Assembly: GCA_046350815.1 (NCBI GenBank)
Contig: JAXLZO010000001.1
Coordinates: 210,001 to 242,000 of the forward strand
Origin: Candidatus Saccharimonadota bacterium
GTDB taxonomy: Bacteria; Patescibacteriota; Gracilibacteria; BD1-5; UBA2023
Direction: 5' to 3'
DNA length: 32,000 nt
This document shows positions 29,107-32,000 of the stretch, in pieces. Every line of letters begins with the position of its first letter. The first letter of the stretch is position 1. A model generated the notes under the pieces. It had not been told where the DNA came from and searched no databases. It saw nothing but the letters and a program-made list of their open reading frames with translations. The position numbers and the translations under genes are program-made.

Positions 29107-30102
29107 CTATTTTGCAAGAGCCTCTCGAATCTTTGCTTCGATTTCATTAGCAATAGCCGAATTGGTTCGAAGAAAATCTTTTGAATTCTCTCGACCCTGT
29201 CCGAGACGGGTCTCACCGTAGGAGTAAAATGCACCTGATTTCTTGATGATTTCTTTTTCCGCTCCGATATCGACTATTTCACCAACTTTCGAGATACCTT
29301 CATTAAACATGATATCCATCTCGATTTCTCTGAATGGTGGAGCAATTTTATTCTTCACTACTTTCACTCGAGTTCGATTTCCTGTTGCCTCTTTCTCTTC
29401 CCCAGAACCTGCTTCAAGTTTTTCTTTACGACGAACTTCAAGACGTTGCGAAGCATAGAATTTGAGAGCATTTCCACCGGTTGTTGTCTCAGGATTTCCA
29501 AATACGACTCCGATCTTCATACGGATCTGATTGATAAAGATAACGGTCGCGCTCGACTTGCTGATAACTCCCGTGATCTTTCTGAGTGCCTGTGACATAA
29601 GACGTGCCTGGAGACCCATGAACGAATCACCCATATTTCCCTCAATTTCTGCCTTTGGTACAAGCGCAGCAACTGAATCCACTACAATGAGATCAACTGC
29701 CCCGGATCGAACAAGAGCATCTACGATCTCAAGAGCTTGTTCTCCATAGTCCGGTTGAGAGACGATAAGAGAATCTACGTCGACTCCTATTTTGCGTGCA
29801 TATTCCGGATCGAGTGCATGTTCCGCATCGACGAAGGCACAGGTTCCACCAACCTTTTGTACCTCAGCAATAGCATGGAGGGTAAGTGTTGTCTTACCGG
29901 ACGATTCTGGTCCATAGATTTCGATGATTCTCCCCTTTGCATAACCGCCACCGAGAGCATGGTCAAGAGCGATCGATCCAGAAGAAGATGTCTCTACCTT
30001 AAGATGCGATTGCTCTCCGAGAGTCATAATAGACCCAGATCCAAATTGTTTTTCAATCTGTGCAAGGGCTGCTTTGAGAGCTTCTTTTTTGTTATCAGTC
30101 AT
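29107..30102 (-). CDS. recA: Recombinase RecA
   Basis: Intact 331-aa ORF with no TGA. ...[11 protein letters not shown]... Walker [11 protein letters not shown]. ...FVDAEHALD... Typical RecA throughout. Confidence 0.98.
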   Translation of the reverse strand: MTDNKKEALKAALAQIEKQFGSGSIMTLGEQSHLKVETSSSGSIALDHALGGGYAKGRIIEIYGPESSGKTTLTLHAIAEVQKVGGTCAFVDAEHALDPEYARKIGVDVDSLIVSQPDYGEQALEIVDALVRSGAVDLIVVDSVAALVPKAEIEGNMGDSFMGLQARLMSQALRKITGVISKSSATVIFINQIRMKIGVVFGNPETTTGGNALKFYASQRLEVRRKEKLEAGSGEEKEATGNRTRVKVVKNKIAPPFREIEMDIMFNEGISKVGEIVDIGAEKEIIKKSGAFYSYGETRLGQGRENSKDFLRTNSAIANEIEAKIREALAK

Positions 30103-30179
30103 ACGAGAAAATATTTTGTTTAAAAGCGAATCTACTATAGAGAGATGATGGAGAAACTCAAATTTTTTATAAATAGCAA

Positions 30180-30960
30180 GGCTCTAGACCAGAAGATTTT
30201 AGAAATATCTAAGATCTTCTGGATTTTTTATAAAATATTTTAATCATTGTAATAAGTTCCTGCTCAAGTTCAAAGCTTTCTTTGGTATACATCCATTCAC
30301 ATTCTTTGAGATGAAGGTGAAAGTTTACTTTCACACCGTTGAACTTGTTCAATCGGCGCTTTGTGAAACTCCAGAAGTTCTCAATCCCGTTGATGTGAAT
30401 TCCATTCCCAAGTGAGAATTCACTTGTACCATGGTTGACTCGGAAGTGCTTGTCGATTCATACATCTACGAGATCATCGTATCCCTTCCAGCCATCTGAA
30501 TACAGGATAGAATCTTCTATGCTGACTTTTCCCTGTATTATAGGTCGGAGTGTTACAGCTTTGTAATTCGGAATAATCTCTGTATATATTTCTACTCTTC
30601 CATTCTCATCTTTTCTCTTGATGAGTCAAAACACTGGCTGTTTGAGGGTTCATCTTCATCGTTTGAGTTTTCCTGTAAGTCCTCTTTTTCTCTTTGCTCC
30701 AAAATAGCTTTCATCTACTTCAATTGCACCACCTATCTTTTCTTTGAAAGCTTCAATTCGATGAGTATAGATCACCTTCCTAAAGATAGAGAAATAATGG
30801 TTAACGGTCTTTCGATTATATCCCAAAAGCTCGCTTGTTTTTGTGGCATCAATATCCACACAAAAGCACTTAATAATCTTTTTAAGTTCGTGAACTGATA
30901 TTTTGCTGTATGGGATCATAAGAAGAGAGTATATGAGTTACTTTCTTCTGGTCTAGAGCC
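30180..30960 (-). mobile_element. Intact IS1595-family insertion sequence (781 bp)
   Basis: Perfect 17-bp terminal inverted repeats GGCTCTAGACCAGAAGA (30180-30196) and TCTTCTGGTCTAGAGCC (30944-30960) enclose one transposase gene. No 8-bp target-site duplication is evident. Confidence 0.85.
30209..30919 (-). CDS. IS1595-family (ISXO2-like DDE) transposase
   Basis: Track ORF 30656..30919 (MIPYSKISVHELKKIIKCF...EVDESYFGAKRKRG) reads through TGA-CGT-TGA (giving the R-G-R-G motif) and further TGA codons. ...KQPVFGLIKR..IIPNYKAVTLRPIIQGKV...YSDGWKGYDDLVDV-G-IDKHFRVNH..HINGIENFWSFTKRRLNKFNGV..LHLKECEW. Stop TAG 30209-30211. 236 aa. Confidence 0.88.
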
Positions 30961-31077
30961 TTTATATTTAGCCTAGAAAGATTCTACTCATTTCTCAACA
31001 CATTTTATAAACATGTGATTGTCAAAAGTATATAGCAATAATTTTTGCTCTTCGAGACCTACAAACCCGACATGAAA

Positions 31078-31299
31078 CTAACTTCCTTTCCTCTTCCTCT
31101 TATAAAACTCTTCCAGCGATGCTCTTGTCCCAATCGTGATATCAACTGATTCACATTTGGGACATTTTTTTACTTCTTCATTATACGGAGTGGTATGGAG
31201 ACATTCCCGACAATAGATAATCACTTCTCAGCGATCTTCTGCGAATGTTTGGCGTTGTTTGCCGAATGTTGCAACGTTAATGAGTTCTGAGTATTTCAT
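31078..31299 (-). CDS. Small zinc-ribbon protein (CxxC...CxxC)
   Basis: ATG 31297-31299, one TGA, TAG 31078-31080. MKYSELINVATFGKQRQTFAEDR-G-EVIIYCRECLHTTPYNEEVKKCPKCESVDITIG... 73 aa. It starts 10 nt after the smpB stop and is not in the track. Confidence 0.55.
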
Positions 31300-31309
31300 A
31301 GAGTGTCAT

Positions 31310-31813
31310 TTAGTAATGTTTCATAGCTACTTCTGCTTCTCTATTGAGTGTGCGCTCTTTAAGAAGTTGTTTTTTATTATAATCCTTTCGTCCTCGCACA
31401 AGTGCAACTTCCACCTTGAGAAGATTTCCTTTCAAATATATTTCTCTTGGGATCAAGGTGACTCAACCAGTCTTTATTTTCTCTGCAAATTTCAGAACAT
31501 CCTTTGATTTGAGAAGAAGGGTACGATCTCTGGTTGGATTTTGACCAAGTGTAATACCTCACTGTCTATAGGGAGTAATATGCCACCCGATGACTACAGG
31601 CAGGCCATTCTTGAGGCTGATATACGCACCTTTGAGATTGGTAGATTTTTCTCGCAGAGATTTCACTTCCCATCCATGAAGAATTACTCCCGCCTCAAGA
31701 GTCTCAATCGTTTCATAGTCAAAATTCGCCTTTTTATTGACGTGTATGCTCGTGCGTTGTTTCTGATGAATCATAATATGGAGTATAGCGATAGTGCGAG
31801 GTGAATCAACCAT
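31310..31813 (-). CDS. smpB: SsrA-binding protein SmpB
   Basis: Track ORF 31559..31813 reads through TGA 31559-31561 and one more TGA to TAA 31310-31312. ...HVNKKANFDYETIETLEAGVILHGWEVKSLR...ITPYRQ-G-...RDRTLLLKSKDV...LIPREIYLKGNLLKVEVALVRGRKDYNKK. An alternative start is ATG 31772-31774. Confidence 0.88.
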
Positions 31814-31844
31814 CTTTCGTCTTGGAGATCACTTTTTTGCTAAA

Positions 31845-32000
31845 TTAAGGTCTCTTCGAGAGAATCCAACCAAGCATCGATTCAGGGTTACCGATATATC
31901 GAGCTTCTATTCGAAGTTTTTCAAGAGAGAGTAGTATGATATTTCCTTGAGGATCAAGTTCAAGAAATTTTCGTATTTGCTCGGTACTTGTCCCCTTGGG
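31845..32000 (-). CDS. 3' end of an unidentified CDS (partial, continues beyond the window)
   Basis: The frame is open from the window edge to TAA 31845-31847 (...GTSTEQIRKFLELDPQGNIILLSLEKLRIEARYIGNPESMLGWILSKRP). I cannot identify it from 51 residues. Confidence 0.4.
   Translation of the reverse strand, partial: PKGTSTEQIRKFLELDPQGNIILLSLEKLRIEARYIGNPESMLGWILSKRP

Noticed and set aside
22300-30960. A composite transposon formed by the two IS1595 copies that carries the 7-kb block between them.
   Set aside because: The block contains essential core genes (rplU, adk, rnpB, recA). The two ISs are divergent, one is dead, and no outer target-site duplication is seen. Independent insertions into intergenic DNA are more plausible.
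30961-31813. An ssrA (tmRNA) gene adjacent to smpB.
   Set aside because: The space around smpB is filled by the zinc-ribbon ORF and the IS. No ~350-nt non-coding stretch with a tRNA-like 3' end is present in the window.
1-32000. Apparent mass pseudogenisation: dnaA, prfA, adk, pilT, infC, efp, smpB, rsmA and others all appear split by stop codons in the ORF track.
   Set aside because: All the interrupting stops are TGA. The fragments always stay in the same frame, and the TGA codons fall on conserved Gly positions. This indicates recoding (code 25), not decay. The only genuine pseudogene I accept is the IS1595 transposase at 22322-23024, which has a TAA and frameshifts.
1-32000. UGA = Trp (code 4, Mollicutes-like) as the explanation for the read-through.
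   Set aside because: The TGA positions align with invariant glycines (P-loops GxxGxGK, the KsgA GPG motif, RF1 GAGGDEA), not tryptophans. TGG is used where Trp is expected (for example DEAW, FWSF).
1-32000. CRISPR arrays, rRNA genes, tRNA genes and prophage blocks.
   Set aside because: I could find no regularly spaced direct repeats, no rRNA-like conserved stretches and no cloverleaf candidates with proper T-arms. The only structured RNA I recognise is rnpB.

Overview
This is an AT-rich bacterial chromosomal window that is only coherent if UGA is read as glycine (genetic code 25, as in Gracilibacteria/BD1-5 and Absconditabacteria/SR1 of the CPR). The supplied standard-code ORF track therefore splits almost every gene. 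I re-joined the fragments by hand-translating through in-frame TGA codons. Every gene end I call is TAA or TAG.

The re-joined window is densely coding and about three quarters of the genes are on the minus strand.

- Housekeeping genes: dnaA, rsmI, ybaB, rplS, efp, prfA (RF1), hsp20, rsmA/ksgA, rpsT-infC-rpmI-rplT, rplU, adk, rnpB (RNase P RNA), recA and smpB.
- Accessory content:
  - an operon of two VirB2/TrbC-like T4SS-type pilins (one an internal triplication), a PilT-type ATPase and a disordered/coiled-coil protein, lying upstream of dnaA;
  - an EarP-like rhamnosyltransferase next to an Arg32-type EF-P;
  - an orphan VirB4-like ATPase abutting a novel 479-aa membrane protein;
  - secreted LysM-LysM-CHAP and C39-like hydrolases;
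  - an ABC exporter, CYTH protein and secreted protein operon.
- Mobile elements: one IS200-like element and two IS1595-family elements, one intact and one decayed.
- I found no CRISPR array, rRNA or tRNA.

Limits: all calls come from manual translation and motif recognition, with no database searches. Start codons and element ends are approximate where stated.
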